Shown here piece after piece: positions 26,118-35,732 of a DNA stretch of 64,000 nt. This DNA comes from Nannocystales bacterium (lineage in GTDB: Bacteria > Myxococcota_A > Polyangia > Nannocystales > Nannocystaceae): the NCBI GenBank assembly GCA_050633305.1, contig JBOEGF010000005.1, positions 224,001-288,000 on the forward strand, read 5' to 3'. The notes under the pieces are model-generated. The model ran no database searches. It was given only the letters and a program-made list of their open reading frames with translations, and was not told the origin of the DNA. Positions within the stretch are counted from its first letter, which is position 1, and each line of letters starts with the position of its first letter. A program made the translations under genes and the position numbers.

Positions 26118-28238
26118 ATGCATCGAGCAGCACTTCTTTGTTCGGCCTTCGCGCTGCTTCCCACCACCGCCCGGGCCTCGGAGTCGGTCGGCTCGATTCC
26201 GATCGAGCTGCATCGGCGGGCCGCGGACTTCTTGGAGGAGAACCGGGGCGAGCACGGTGGCACCTGGGCCGATGCCCGGCTGGCTTCCGAGGCGGAGCCG
26301 ATGTGGCGGCCCGGGCTATCCCAGCCGGCCTACTACGAGGTCGCCGTCCTCGGTCCGGACGGTTCGTCCAGGGGGTACATCTCGCTCTCGCACGGGGAAC
26401 ACGACTTTCCGGTTCCCATCGCTGCGTTTGGCGGGGTCGCACCTGCCCGGGAGTTACGGGATCGCGTTGGCGATGATCGGGTGGTCATCTACCGACTTGG
26501 GCTCGGGGCCTACGTGGCCGATCTGAATGGGACGGAGGTCGGCTCGAGTGGGGATCCGGTCGGTCGCCTGCACGGGTTCGAGCCCGAGTGGGTCGAAGCG
26601 TCATCGGAGGCGAGCGCTGGAACGTATTCGTGGAGCGACGCGGCGGGAGTCTCCGAGACGCGCGCGGAGCTGGGAGCGTCGATCTCCTTCACCCCGTGGG
26701 AGGACTGGTCGACGCTTCTCAGCGACTACGCGGAGAACATGGAGCCGCTTCTGCGGATTCAACACGACAACGCTACCCGTCACTGGGCGGTGGAACGCAG
26801 TCTTGCGGACAACGGCGAGGCACTGCGCCCCGGGGAGTTCCGCGACACGCCGGTTCTCTCCCGCGGTGGGGCTCGCTTCGAACTCTCGGGGCTGGGCCAG
26901 TCGTATGCACACGTCGAGCTGGTGGAGCGTGGGTTCCAGGGGGACGCCGCGCTGCGTTTCGTCGTCGTGGGGGATGTTCCGTCCGGCGACCCTCTTCCTG
27001 TCGATGTCAACGTCACCTACGGCGACGGGAGTCGGGAGACGATCCGTTTCAATGTTTTCGGCGCGGCGGCTCCCGTTGGGGTCGCCCCTGTAGAGTCCGT
27101 GCGGGCCGCTCGTTGCTCGCAGATGGCATTCCAAACCGACTGGCGGACGTACTTGCATGCCGATGGTGGTGGAGGCGCGGAAGTCAACGGTCGCGGCCGG
27201 TGGATCGGGGACCACGAGCTGTTCAACGTCGTAGACCGCGGGGTCGGGCAGATTGCGCTCCGCACCTTCGGCGGGCAGTACGTCTCCGCGCACAACGGCG
27301 GGGTCGAGGCACGGGCGAAGACGGTTGGGGACCCGGAGGTCTTCTTCTTGGACTCGAAGCGGGACGGTAGGTTTGGCCTCCGGTCTTTCAAACGGCAGTA
27401 CGTTCGCGTCCACGCCGACGGGCGCGTCACCGCCGACTCGCCCAACTTCCACGACTGGGAGTCGTTTAACCTCGAACGCTGCGAGCCGAAGAGGAAGACG
27501 TCACTGTACGCAGGGGCGCACTGGTGGGATGCGTGGAAGAAGGTTCGCAAGTATGGGCAGATCCCCGCGCACCACGGACCAAGCACGTCTCAGTGTTCGA
27601 GCGGATGCGGGGCAACGGCGTGGGGGATGCTGTTCGGGTTTCACGACTACGAAGCGGCGAAGTCGATAGGGCCGTGGGCGCGCCACTGGGGTCTGTTCCG
27701 CAAGGATGGGGGGTACGGAGCCAACGCGACCGCGCCGCATACGATGTGGCCAACGTCGTGGTCGTCGCTGAGGTTGGCGCATCGCGTGGTCTCCGACATG
27801 CACCCCGGGGTGGCCAACATGATTTGGGAGATCAGCCAGAAAATGAACGACTGGGGGCTGGCCGGTTGCTCCAACGGTGGCCAGAAGTGGACGGCCCCGG
27901 TTCTCATGGGACGAGCCCACAAGTACCTGGAGGGTCGCTCGAGCGTGACGTTGGTTTCGGATTACGACGGCTTGAGCAAGATGACCGAGAAGGGGCGCAA
28001 CAAGGCCGGGGACGTCCTGCGGGCCAAGCAACCGGTCGTGATCGGCATCGGCTACCTGGAGCACTACCCCCTCGCGTTCGGGTACGACTACACGAGGTAC
28101 CGAGTCTGGGACCGAAGCAAGGCAGACTGGACACCGGGGGTGCATCGCGAGGCTTTTGTCATTCACTCGGGGCATCAGGAGGCATTCGCGGAGCTGGTAC
28201 CCTTCGATACCTGGGAGCAAGGCTGGATCAAGCCCTGA
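26118..28238 (+). CDS. Secreted papain-fold (C10/streptopain-like) cysteine protease with prodomain and fascin-like beta-trefoil
   Basis: Signal peptide; prodomain PAYYEV..GYI; fascin repeats such as IALRTFGGQYVSA and FGLRSFKRQYV; catalytic YGQ, SGCGATAW and EHYPLAFGY. Confidence 0.7.
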   Translation: MHRAALLCSAFALLPTTARASESVGSIPIELHRRAADFLEENRGEHGGTWADARLASEAEPMWRPGLSQPAYYEVAVLGPDGSSRGYISLSHGEHDFPVPIAAFGGVAPARELRDRVGDDRVVIYRLGLGAYVADLNGTEVGSSGDPVGRLHGFEPEWVEASSEASAGTYSWSDAAGVSETRAELGASISFTPWEDWSTLLSDYAENMEPLLRIQHDNATRHWAVERSLADNGEALRPGEFRDTPVLSRGGARFELSGLGQSYAHVELVERGFQGDAALRFVVVGDVPSGDPLPVDVNVTYGDGSRETIRFNVFGAAAPVGVAPVESVRAARCSQMAFQTDWRTYLHADGGGGAEVNGRGRWIGDHELFNVVDRGVGQIALRTFGGQYVSAHNGGVEARAKTVGDPEVFFLDSKRDGRFGLRSFKRQYVRVHADGRVTADSPNFHDWESFNLERCEPKRKTSLYAGAHWWDAWKKVRKYGQIPAHHGPSTSQCSSGCGATAWGMLFGFHDYEAAKSIGPWARHWGLFRKDGGYGANATAPHTMWPTSWSSLRLAHRVVSDMHPGVANMIWEISQKMNDWGLAGCSNGGQKWTAPVLMGRAHKYLEGRSSVTLVSDYDGLSKMTEKGRNKAGDVLRAKQPVVIGIGYLEHYPLAFGYDYTRYRVWDRSKADWTPGVHREAFVIHSGHQEAFAELVPFDTWEQGWIKP

Positions 28239-28248
28239 GCTTCGATTC

Positions 28249-31158
28249 GTGGAGCGACGTGACGACAGCGGACCGGCGGGGACGTCGACCGAGGACTCGC
28301 TGTTGGGGGGGACCCCGGCACAGGAGCGGGATGCTGAGGGCGCCCGGATGCGGGCTTCGTTGAAGGCTCGGCTGTTCGACGAGCACACCGACCCCGTGGT
28401 GATCGGCAAGTATCGGCTCCTCGATCCGCTTGGCGAGGGCGGAATGGGGACCGTCTATCGGGCGCACGATCCCGACCTTGACCGCGTCGTGGCGCTGAAG
28501 ATCCTCAGAGAGGGAGTTGGAGACGAACGGGTCATCGCTCGGCTCTTGAGCGAGGCTCGGTCGCTCGCCCGACTGTCACACCCCAACGTCGTCGCGGTTC
28601 ACGATGTGGGCCGCGACCCCCAGGGCGCGTACCTGGCGATGGAGTTGATCGATGGCGAAGACCTTCAAGCATGGGGACACGCGCACCCCTTGAACTCGAA
28701 ACATCGAACGACGGTCTTGCTCGCCGCGTTCCACGGCGTGGCGTCGGCACTCGAGGTTGCGCACGCATTGGGGATCGTTCACCGTGACGTCAAGCCGTCC
28801 AACATCTTCGTCGGCGTGGATGGCCGGGTTCGTCTCGGGGACTTCGGCCTCGCGCGAAGGGCGGGCGCTGCGACAACCCTCGAAGCCCGCACTCGTCCGT
28901 TCGACGCTTCGTCGGAAGGGATCACGCAGACGGGCGCCTGGGTTGGGACGCCAGCCTATATGGCGCCCGAGCAGTTTGAAGGCGTCGCGGACCCACGCAG
29001 CGATCAGTTCTCGTTTTGCGTCACCATGTACGAGGCGTTTTGCGGGCGACATCCTTTCGGAGCCGGGACACTGCACGCGCTGCGGTTGCGGGTCCAGCAG
29101 GGGACGCTCGAGCCACCAGCAGCAGGGCTCGGAATTCCGCGCTGGCTTGCCGCCGTGGTGCGCCGGGGGTTGAGCGCCGACCCGAAGCACCGCTATTCCG
29201 ACATGGGCTCGCTCCTCGCCGCCGTTCGATCCGGAAGGAGACGGCGACGCTCCGTCGCGGTGCTCGCCCCGATCGGGTTCCTCGTGGCCGGGGCAGGGGT
29301 GGCGACGGCCGCGTTCGAGGACGTGGACTGCGCCACCGTAGCAGCGTCGACCGGCGAGGTGTGGGGACCGCAGCGGCGGGATGTTGTACGCCGAGCGTTG
29401 GTTGAATCCGGTGCGGCTCATGCCGAGGCGAGCTGGTCGCGGGTCGACGCGGAGTTGGACGCCGTGGCCACGCGGTGGAGTCGTCAACACGTGATGGCTT
29501 GCGAACTCGGTCGTTCGGCTGAACCGCAGGCACAGCGGCGAGCGCCCCAGGTGGACGCTTGCCTTCGCGAGGCGCAGCAGATGCTGGAGTTCGCCACCGA
29601 TGCCATCGTCAAGACCGCGCGCGAGCACCCCGAGCACATCGCCACCGCGGTGTTGGGCGTCGATGACCTGACGGACTGCGGTCGCCCCGACGGACTCGAC
29701 CGCGAGGCGTCCTTGCCCGAAGCGCTGGACCTATCGGGACGCATCGCCAGGGCGGAGCTGGAGCTGGAGCTGGGTTGGCCCTCCGAGGCTGCGGAGCGAC
29801 TTGACCAAGTCATCGCCGCGATCGGCGAGCAACCCTTGCATCGGTCCGCGGCGAAGGCTCGCGGCGTGCGGGCGCGTACCGCCGCGGTGCTCGGAGAGGA
29901 GGACCTCGCCGAGTCTCACGCCCGCGCATTCCTGTCTCATGCCGAGCTTGTCTCGGACCCGGCGCTCGAGGCCGAGGCCTGGCTCAGCGTCTCGATCCAT
30001 GCGGGCCGGGATCCTTCCTTTCGCCGGTTCTGCCTGGACCGGGTCGCACAGCTCGAGACGCGCGGAGACCTACCGCCCCGACTCGTCGCTGAGCATGCGC
30101 TGATGCTGGGCGTGGCGCTGGCGGGAAGGAATGACGACGAGGCTGCGCTCGTGCCTCTGGAAGAAGCGGTCGCAGCGTTCGAGGACCTCGGAGATGAACC
30201 CGTCCGTCTCTCGGATGCGCTCTCTGGGCTGGGTGATTCGCTGCTGCTCACGGGCTCGACCAAGCGCGCCGTCGAGGCCCATCAACGCTCGACGCGGCTG
30301 AGGACTCAGACACTGGGGCCCGAGCACCCGGGAACCGCGACTGGACTCCTTCGACTTGCACAGGCGCAGGTCTTTGCGCTGCGGTACGCCGATGCGCGCG
30401 AGACGTACGATGTGGCGATTGAGGTGTTGGCGGCAAACCCTGAGGTGACCCCGCGCAAGCGAGCGCAGGCCTTCGCGATGCGCGCTCAGCTGCTGACACA
30501 ACTTCAGGAGCACACCCTGGCAATCGACGACTCCAGGCGGTCGTTCGAGCTGCAACGTGAGCTTCTCGGTGCATCGGACCCCCGCATTTTGGGTGCCGCC
30601 GCCTTTCTCGTGCGGACGCTGGTCGAGGCCGGAATGCATGCGGAGGCGCTCGATGTGTCCGAGCCGATGCGTGCGCTGATCCTCTCGCTCGACGACGACA
30701 CCTCCGCGCTCTCACGCGGCCAGATCGGCCTGTCCAGCGCCCAGGCGTTGATCGCCATCGGGCGAACGTCGGAAGGGGTCGAGCGCGTCGGCGAAGCCGC
30801 GGACCTGCTCAGCGGCGTGTATCGCCCCAACAGCGGACTCTACTTTCAGATGTGGGCGACGGTGGGGCGAGCCTACGTTGCCGCCGACCACGTCGAGAAG
30901 GCGAGGAGCGTGTGGGAGCGGCGACTGGCGGAGGCACGGGCGGCTGGAAGCGCGCACGAAGGAGGGATGCGCCTCGCCTTCGAGCTGGCGACGCTGGCGC
31001 GGGACGAAGGGGACCCTTCGCGTGCCCGAGCGTTTCTTGCCGAGGTTCGAGAGCATGCCGAAGCGGGCGGCGTCGAGCTGAGCACACTCGATGATGTGAC
31101 CGCGCTTGCGGATGAGCTTGGTGTCCCGGCAGCCGAGCCGAAACGATCAGCACCGTGA
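28249..31158 (+). CDS. Ser/Thr protein kinase with TM segment and TPR repeats
   Basis: GEGGMG, HRDVKPSNI, DFG, GTPAYMAPE and LGPEHP motifs. Start GTG 28249 or ATG 28348. Confidence 0.93.
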   Translation: MERRDDSGPAGTSTEDSLLGGTPAQERDAEGARMRASLKARLFDEHTDPVVIGKYRLLDPLGEGGMGTVYRAHDPDLDRVVALKILREGVGDERVIARLLSEARSLARLSHPNVVAVHDVGRDPQGAYLAMELIDGEDLQAWGHAHPLNSKHRTTVLLAAFHGVASALEVAHALGIVHRDVKPSNIFVGVDGRVRLGDFGLARRAGAATTLEARTRPFDASSEGITQTGAWVGTPAYMAPEQFEGVADPRSDQFSFCVTMYEAFCGRHPFGAGTLHALRLRVQQGTLEPPAAGLGIPRWLAAVVRRGLSADPKHRYSDMGSLLAAVRSGRRRRRSVAVLAPIGFLVAGAGVATAAFEDVDCATVAASTGEVWGPQRRDVVRRALVESGAAHAEASWSRVDAELDAVATRWSRQHVMACELGRSAEPQAQRRAPQVDACLREAQQMLEFATDAIVKTAREHPEHIATAVLGVDDLTDCGRPDGLDREASLPEALDLSGRIARAELELELGWPSEAAERLDQVIAAIGEQPLHRSAAKARGVRARTAAVLGEEDLAESHARAFLSHAELVSDPALEAEAWLSVSIHAGRDPSFRRFCLDRVAQLETRGDLPPRLVAEHALMLGVALAGRNDDEAALVPLEEAVAAFEDLGDEPVRLSDALSGLGDSLLLTGSTKRAVEAHQRSTRLRTQTLGPEHPGTATGLLRLAQAQVFALRYADARETYDVAIEVLAANPEVTPRKRAQAFAMRAQLLTQLQEHTLAIDDSRRSFELQRELLGASDPRILGAAAFLVRTLVEAGMHAEALDVSEPMRALILSLDDDTSALSRGQIGLSSAQALIAIGRTSEGVERVGEAADLLSGVYRPNSGLYFQMWATVGRAYVAADHVEKARSVWERRLAEARAAGSAHEGGMRLAFELATLARDEGDPSRARAFLAEVREHAEAGGVELSTLDDVTALADELGVPAAEPKRSAP

Positions 31159-31758
31159 GAGTTGCGCGCCCAGCTTGCTGACCGACTCATCCAAGCGAGC
31201 CTCGTCCAGCGCTCCGAACCGGACGTGCTGCAGCGCTTCTCGAAGTGCCGCTCGAGCCCGATGAAGCCGGGTTCGTACGGTGGCAGGGGAGATCCCGAGG
31301 ACCTCCGCCAGCTCGGGTCCGCGAATCTGCTCCCAGTAGTACAGCTCGAGCGTGACCTGGGCGTCCACCGGGAGGTTGGACATCGCCTCCGCGATCAGCG
31401 TCTGTTCCTCGTTGGCGAGCGCTGCTCGACTGGGTGAGATACCGAGGTCGCGGATCGAGCCCACGCTCTGTTCCAGGCCTTTGCCGATCTTGTCGCGGGT
31501 GCGGCGCTCGATGAAACCGTAGAGCTCCCGCCGTGCGATGGTGAACAGGTACGTACGGAACTTCGCCTCGGCGCGGAAGTTCGCGACCGACTCGAGGCAC
31601 GCGAGCAGGGTCCGCTGCACGAGGTCTTCGACTTCGTTGACCGGAGCTTTGGTCCGAAAGAACCGGCGCAAGCTCTCGAAGTGGCGCTCGAAAAGCTCGG
31701 AACCCGCGCTCTTGTCCCCACCGCGCCACGCCGTGAGCAAGTCGAAGTCTGCGACCAC
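31147..31758 (-). CDS. ECF RNA polymerase sigma factor
   Basis: sigma2 region LFERH..EDLVQRT..FRTYLFTIAR; sigma4 region ELAEVLGISPATVRTRLHRAR. Confidence 0.93.
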   Translation of the reverse strand: MVADFDLLTAWRGGDKSAGSELFERHFESLRRFFRTKAPVNEVEDLVQRTLLACLESVANFRAEAKFRTYLFTIARRELYGFIERRTRDKIGKGLEQSVGSIRDLGISPSRAALANEEQTLIAEAMSNLPVDAQVTLELYYWEQIRGPELAEVLGISPATVRTRLHRARAALREALQHVRFGALDEARLDESVSKLGAQLSRC

Positions 31759-31779
31759 GAAGAAATCGTACCACCGACG

Positions 31780-31807
31780 GGAACGAACCAACGTTGGCGC
31801 CCCACTC
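31780..31807 (+). promoter_or_regulatory. Putative ECF-sigma promoter (copy 2)
   Basis: GGAACG-AACCAA-CGTTGGCGCC-CC-ACTC, 14 nt before ATG 31822. Confidence 0.55.
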
Positions 31808-31821
31808 AGCGAGCAGCCATC

Positions 31822-32439
31822 ATGATCACGAAAGTCGCGCTGCTCCTCCCCGTTGTTTTGCTTGCCAGCCCCGCTAAACCGGCGAAACCGACCGCGCATC
31901 CGAGCGTGGGCGGGTCGGTCAAGGAGGCTCTGGCGAAGCGGCCTCTCCCGGCAAAGCCCCTGACCAAGGCCCAGATCATCGGGCTCGCTCGGAGTGAGGG
32001 AGTGGCGGTCCAAGAGTCGACAGACATCGGGCGGACGTGGGTCGATGCCGCACGCCCGTCGACGAGCGGGGTGCACATGGCCCAGTTTTGCGCCAAGGCA
32101 TCGGAGATCAACCTCGATGGCACCGGCTACACGCTGTTTGACGTCAACCAGGCGAGCTGGTGCCGGAAGCAAGGGCTTCCGGTTGGCTTCGAGATTCGGT
32201 TGAACGCGAAACAGAACAAGGGATACGTCATCAACTGCGGGAGCTTGCGCTTGAAGTGGACCGCCACGCAGGGGTCGACGCAGACGACCGTCGCTGCGAC
32301 ACGCCCAACCACCCCGACGTATACGTTCGTGGCCCGGAAGACCGGCACAGAACGCATCCGTTTTACGATCCCGAAGGACCACCTGGCCGAGTACTACGAA
32401 CCCAGACTCGACCGGTGTCAGGTCGCCGAGGTCGGATGA
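31822..32439 (+). CDS. Secreted hypothetical protein
   Basis: Signal peptide MITKVALLLPVVLLA; beta-rich body with 4 Cys. Confidence 0.75.
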   Translation: MITKVALLLPVVLLASPAKPAKPTAHPSVGGSVKEALAKRPLPAKPLTKAQIIGLARSEGVAVQESTDIGRTWVDAARPSTSGVHMAQFCAKASEINLDGTGYTLFDVNQASWCRKQGLPVGFEIRLNAKQNKGYVINCGSLRLKWTATQGSTQTTVAATRPTTPTYTFVARKTGTERIRFTIPKDHLAEYYEPRLDRCQVAEVG

Positions 32440-32579
32440 GGGGCGGGGCGCGGGCAAAGCCTCGCCGCTGAGCGCGACGCGACGCGGAGACGTCCCGCTC
32501 ACCTGGCAGCCGTACGCTGTTCATTTCACGTCTAGCCGGCGCCCGGAAAAATCCGCAAACCTCAGCTGGAGGGGCAGCT

Positions 32580-33623
32580 ATGCTGGATGTTGCAGTGCCC
32601 ATCTCGAGCCCGACCGCGTCCGTGCGAGCGTTGCGCCCCTTGTCGCTCGGCCTGGGTGCGCGGGGTGTGTCGCTCGCCCCTGCGCTCGCCCGCGCAGGCA
32701 TCGATGCGGCGACGATGGAAGACCCCGACGCAAGGATCCCTGCGGAGCTGATGCATGGGCTCTGGCGGGAAGCCGAGGAACTCAGTGGCGAGTCGACGTT
32801 TGGAATCGCCACTGCGGGATTCATCAAGCCCGGCTCGTTCGATGTCCTCGACTACATGTGCCGGAACTGCGCCACGGTGGGTGACGGGCTTCGGCTGTAT
32901 TGCCGGTACACACCCCTCCTGCATGACCAGATCTCGGCGAGCGTAGAGGTGCTGGAGGACACGGCCGTCCTCCGTCACGTGTTGGTCGATGGCGGTGTGC
33001 TTCCCCGCCAGTACGCCGAGTTCATCATCGCAAGCTTGTTGGTGATCGTCCGGCAGGCCAGCGACCACGAGGTCGAGCCGGTGTCGGCTCAGTTTGCGCA
33101 CGGGGAACCCGAGGACACCGCGCCTCATGCTGCGCTGCTTCGGTGTCCGATCACGTTCCGTGCGACTTGCAACGGCTTCGAGTTGCGCAAGGAAGACTTC
33201 GAGCGACCGTTGGTCGCTGCACAACCTGGGCTGCTGCAGGTTCTCGAGCGTCAGGCGGAGCGGCTGCTCGAGAAGTCGCCACGGGCTGCGCCGAGCTTCG
33301 TGGGGCGTGTACGCGCCGCGATTGTCAGAGACCTCCGTTCGGGGGGGACCACAGCGGCACGGGTCGCGCAGACATTGGGATTTGGCGAACGTACGCTACG
33401 CCGCCGCCTCGACGATGAAGGGTCCAGCTATCACGAGGTGCTCTCACAGCTCCGCATGGAGCTGGCGACTCGCTATCTCGAGGACGAGCGGTTGGCGATC
33501 GACGAGGTTGCCTTCTTGCTGGGGTACTCGGACCGCACCGCGTTCAATCGGGCGTTCCGGCAGTGGACCGACCGAACCCCCGCCCAGTTTCGGCGGGAAC
33601 ATCGTGCTCCGCCTGCGTCTTAG
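32580..33623 (+). CDS. AraC family transcriptional regulator (Arabinose_bd_2 type)
   Basis: DPDARIP; C-terminal ERTLRRRL..G.SY and EVAFLLGYSD..AFNRAFRQWT. Confidence 0.93.
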   Translation: MLDVAVPISSPTASVRALRPLSLGLGARGVSLAPALARAGIDAATMEDPDARIPAELMHGLWREAEELSGESTFGIATAGFIKPGSFDVLDYMCRNCATVGDGLRLYCRYTPLLHDQISASVEVLEDTAVLRHVLVDGGVLPRQYAEFIIASLLVIVRQASDHEVEPVSAQFAHGEPEDTAPHAALLRCPITFRATCNGFELRKEDFERPLVAAQPGLLQVLERQAERLLEKSPRAAPSFVGRVRAAIVRDLRSGGTTAARVAQTLGFGERTLRRRLDDEGSSYHEVLSQLRMELATRYLEDERLAIDEVAFLLGYSDRTAFNRAFRQWTDRTPAQFRREHRAPPAS

Positions 33624-34381
33624 GACGCGGCGTATCGGTGTCTCTCGACGGGCATTCGACTGATGTTGGGCTCGTTGAGGCAGTCGATCGCGTTGTCGAC
33701 TTTCTGTGCGCAGCGGTGGATGAGGGACCCTAGTTCTGCCCGCTCGGCCTGCTCGACCTTGGGAGCCACGCGTTCCACCATCTCGTGGAGAAGTGCGACG
33801 GCCTGTTGAAGCTTGAGGCCGGCTTCCCGCTGGCGAGCCGTCTGATGTCCCATCGAAGTCCGCAGCTGTTGCACCCGCGAGACGTAGGCCGAGGAACGCG
33901 TACGTTCTCGTTCGAGCTGGATCGCCGAGGATGCCAGCGCGGCGGTTTGGTGAAGTTGCTCGACCAGAAGAGGATCGAGCGGACCGGTCTGGGCGGAATC
34001 TGCCTGCAGGAAACCCACGATCGCATTGTCGGTACGCAACGGGACGAGCGCGGTCGCCCGGGTCTCGTCCCCCAACAGCGCGTCCGAGATCATGTCGAGG
34101 CGGTCATCTTCGCTGACATCGGGGATGACGAGCTCGTCCTGAGCGTTGAGTTGGGCAAACAGGTCCGTCGCGTTCTGTCCGACGACTCGAAGCCCAACGA
34201 GCGACGGCATCGACGAGGGCTGGCTGCTGGCCAGAACGGAGATCGCCGGCCCCATGACCGCGCTGCAGCTCACTCGAACGTTCGGATACCGCCACCGGAT
34301 TTCGTCCAGTGCCATGCCCAGGATCCCCGCCACGGCCAGGTCGGAGTCAGGGGCTGCGATGGTGACTTCTGATTTGCCCAC
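33620..34381 (-). CDS. GAF domain protein with C-terminal coiled coil
   Basis: LVIPDVSEDDR and ALVPLRTDNAIVGFL motifs followed by a heptad-rich helix. Confidence 0.7.
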   Translation of the reverse strand: MGKSEVTIAAPDSDLAVAGILGMALDEIRWRYPNVRVSCSAVMGPAISVLASSQPSSMPSLVGLRVVGQNATDLFAQLNAQDELVIPDVSEDDRLDMISDALLGDETRATALVPLRTDNAIVGFLQADSAQTGPLDPLLVEQLHQTAALASSAIQLERERTRSSAYVSRVQQLRTSMGHQTARQREAGLKLQQAVALLHEMVERVAPKVEQAERAELGSLIHRCAQKVDNAIDCLNEPNISRMPVERHRYAAS

Positions 34382-34682
34382 GACATCCAGGCTATGGATC
34401 GGGACATCTCAAACAAGTGGCAAGATCGGTCGCTGGAAAGACATCTTCGGTCACGGAGTCTCCGATGACCGAAGATGCCCCAACTGCGCCCGCGCGTTTG
34501 TTTCTGTTCGGAACAACACCGGCGGCCTTCCGGAGCCGGGCGATTTGGCTCGTGCATTTACGCGCTGAGAGGGGATGGGGGCGGTTGGACCGCGGTTGTG
34601 GCAAATCCGTCCCATGATTCGCGGTCGCGGTCGCGTTCGCGAATCCGCGCGCAATTCAAGCCCGAGGAGGGCCCTGCGACGT

Positions 34683-35621
34683 TTAGCTGAGCGCCGCGAT
34701 GAGGTCGGCGAGTTCTTCGCTCGACTCGAGGTCCTGCTCGCCGGACGTGTCGGCTCCGTCGACGAGCCGGATGTGGCCGTGGTGAAGCAGGACAGCGACG
34801 GCCGAAAGGGTCCGGAAGCGCCCGAGGAGAGTGAGCTCGACGACCCGCTCCACGTCGGTGACTCCGTCACAGAAGGCAAACACGTAGCGTGCGTCGATCC
34901 ACTCGGCGTTGGCTGCCGTGTCGGGATCCTCCTCGAAGTCCTCGTCCGAGACGAGGTTCATCTTGGGGGATGCCGTTCGATCTTCAGCTGGCTTCGAGAC
35001 CGGAGTGATGACCGCGGTGAGCGGGCCCAAGCGCGACTCGAGTTCGCTGCCCTCGTCTTCTCGCCGTGCGAGCTCCATCAGCACGAAGCCGATGTCCTGG
35101 GTGTCGACGGGGCCGAGACGTTCGTGCAGCCATTGCACGTCTCCTTCGAGCAGGAGCAGTGATCCCCCGGGTTCGTTGCAGACGCTCAGGGCTTCCAACA
35201 CCACCTCCTGCAGGAAGACGCGGGCTGGCCGCAGAGCTTGGACCACCGTCGTGTCGTCCTCGAAGGACTCCGCACCCCGTGCCTGTTCGTAGCGCTGGTG
35301 GAGTTCCGCGATCCAGTCTCCCATCGACTGATGGGGCTGGGGTCCGACGGCTCCCACGACGCGTCCCTCATTCAGCTCGACCGCGAGGGTGTGCTCGCCG
35401 TCTGCGTTGCCCAACAGCAGCACGCCTGTGGGCCGTACCGAGGTGAGCATGCCCAGGAGGGTTGGGAGCTCCGTCGCTGCGCCGATACGGGCGATGAGTG
35501 CCCCCACCGCGCCGGAGTCGGGAACGACGGCAATAGGCTCGGGCCCGAGGCACAGCAGGCGTCCTTCAGGTCCGGCCAGCGTGGCGACGCTGCAACCGAC
35601 GACCTGTTCGAGGGTAGCCAT
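34683..35621 (-). CDS. DUF4388/PatA-N-like domain protein
   Basis: LPTLLGML..TGVLLL..EGRVV, LMELARREDE and C-terminal CDGVTDV..L.RF (wHTH-like). Confidence 0.65.
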   Translation of the reverse strand: MATLEQVVGCSVATLAGPEGRLLCLGPEPIAVVPDSGAVGALIARIGAATELPTLLGMLTSVRPTGVLLLGNADGEHTLAVELNEGRVVGAVGPQPHQSMGDWIAELHQRYEQARGAESFEDDTTVVQALRPARVFLQEVVLEALSVCNEPGGSLLLLEGDVQWLHERLGPVDTQDIGFVLMELARREDEGSELESRLGPLTAVITPVSKPAEDRTASPKMNLVSDEDFEEDPDTAANAEWIDARYVFAFCDGVTDVERVVELTLLGRFRTLSAVAVLLHHGHIRLVDGADTSGEQDLESSEELADLIAALS

Positions 35622-35732
35622 GACCCCTAGTCTGTCGTCCGCGTTCGGTCCCGGGTTGAGACCCCGATCGGGACGTCGGGGGAAGGATCGTGGCTCGAGC
35701 GCCCGCCATGGAACTCAGGTTGATGCGGTCGG

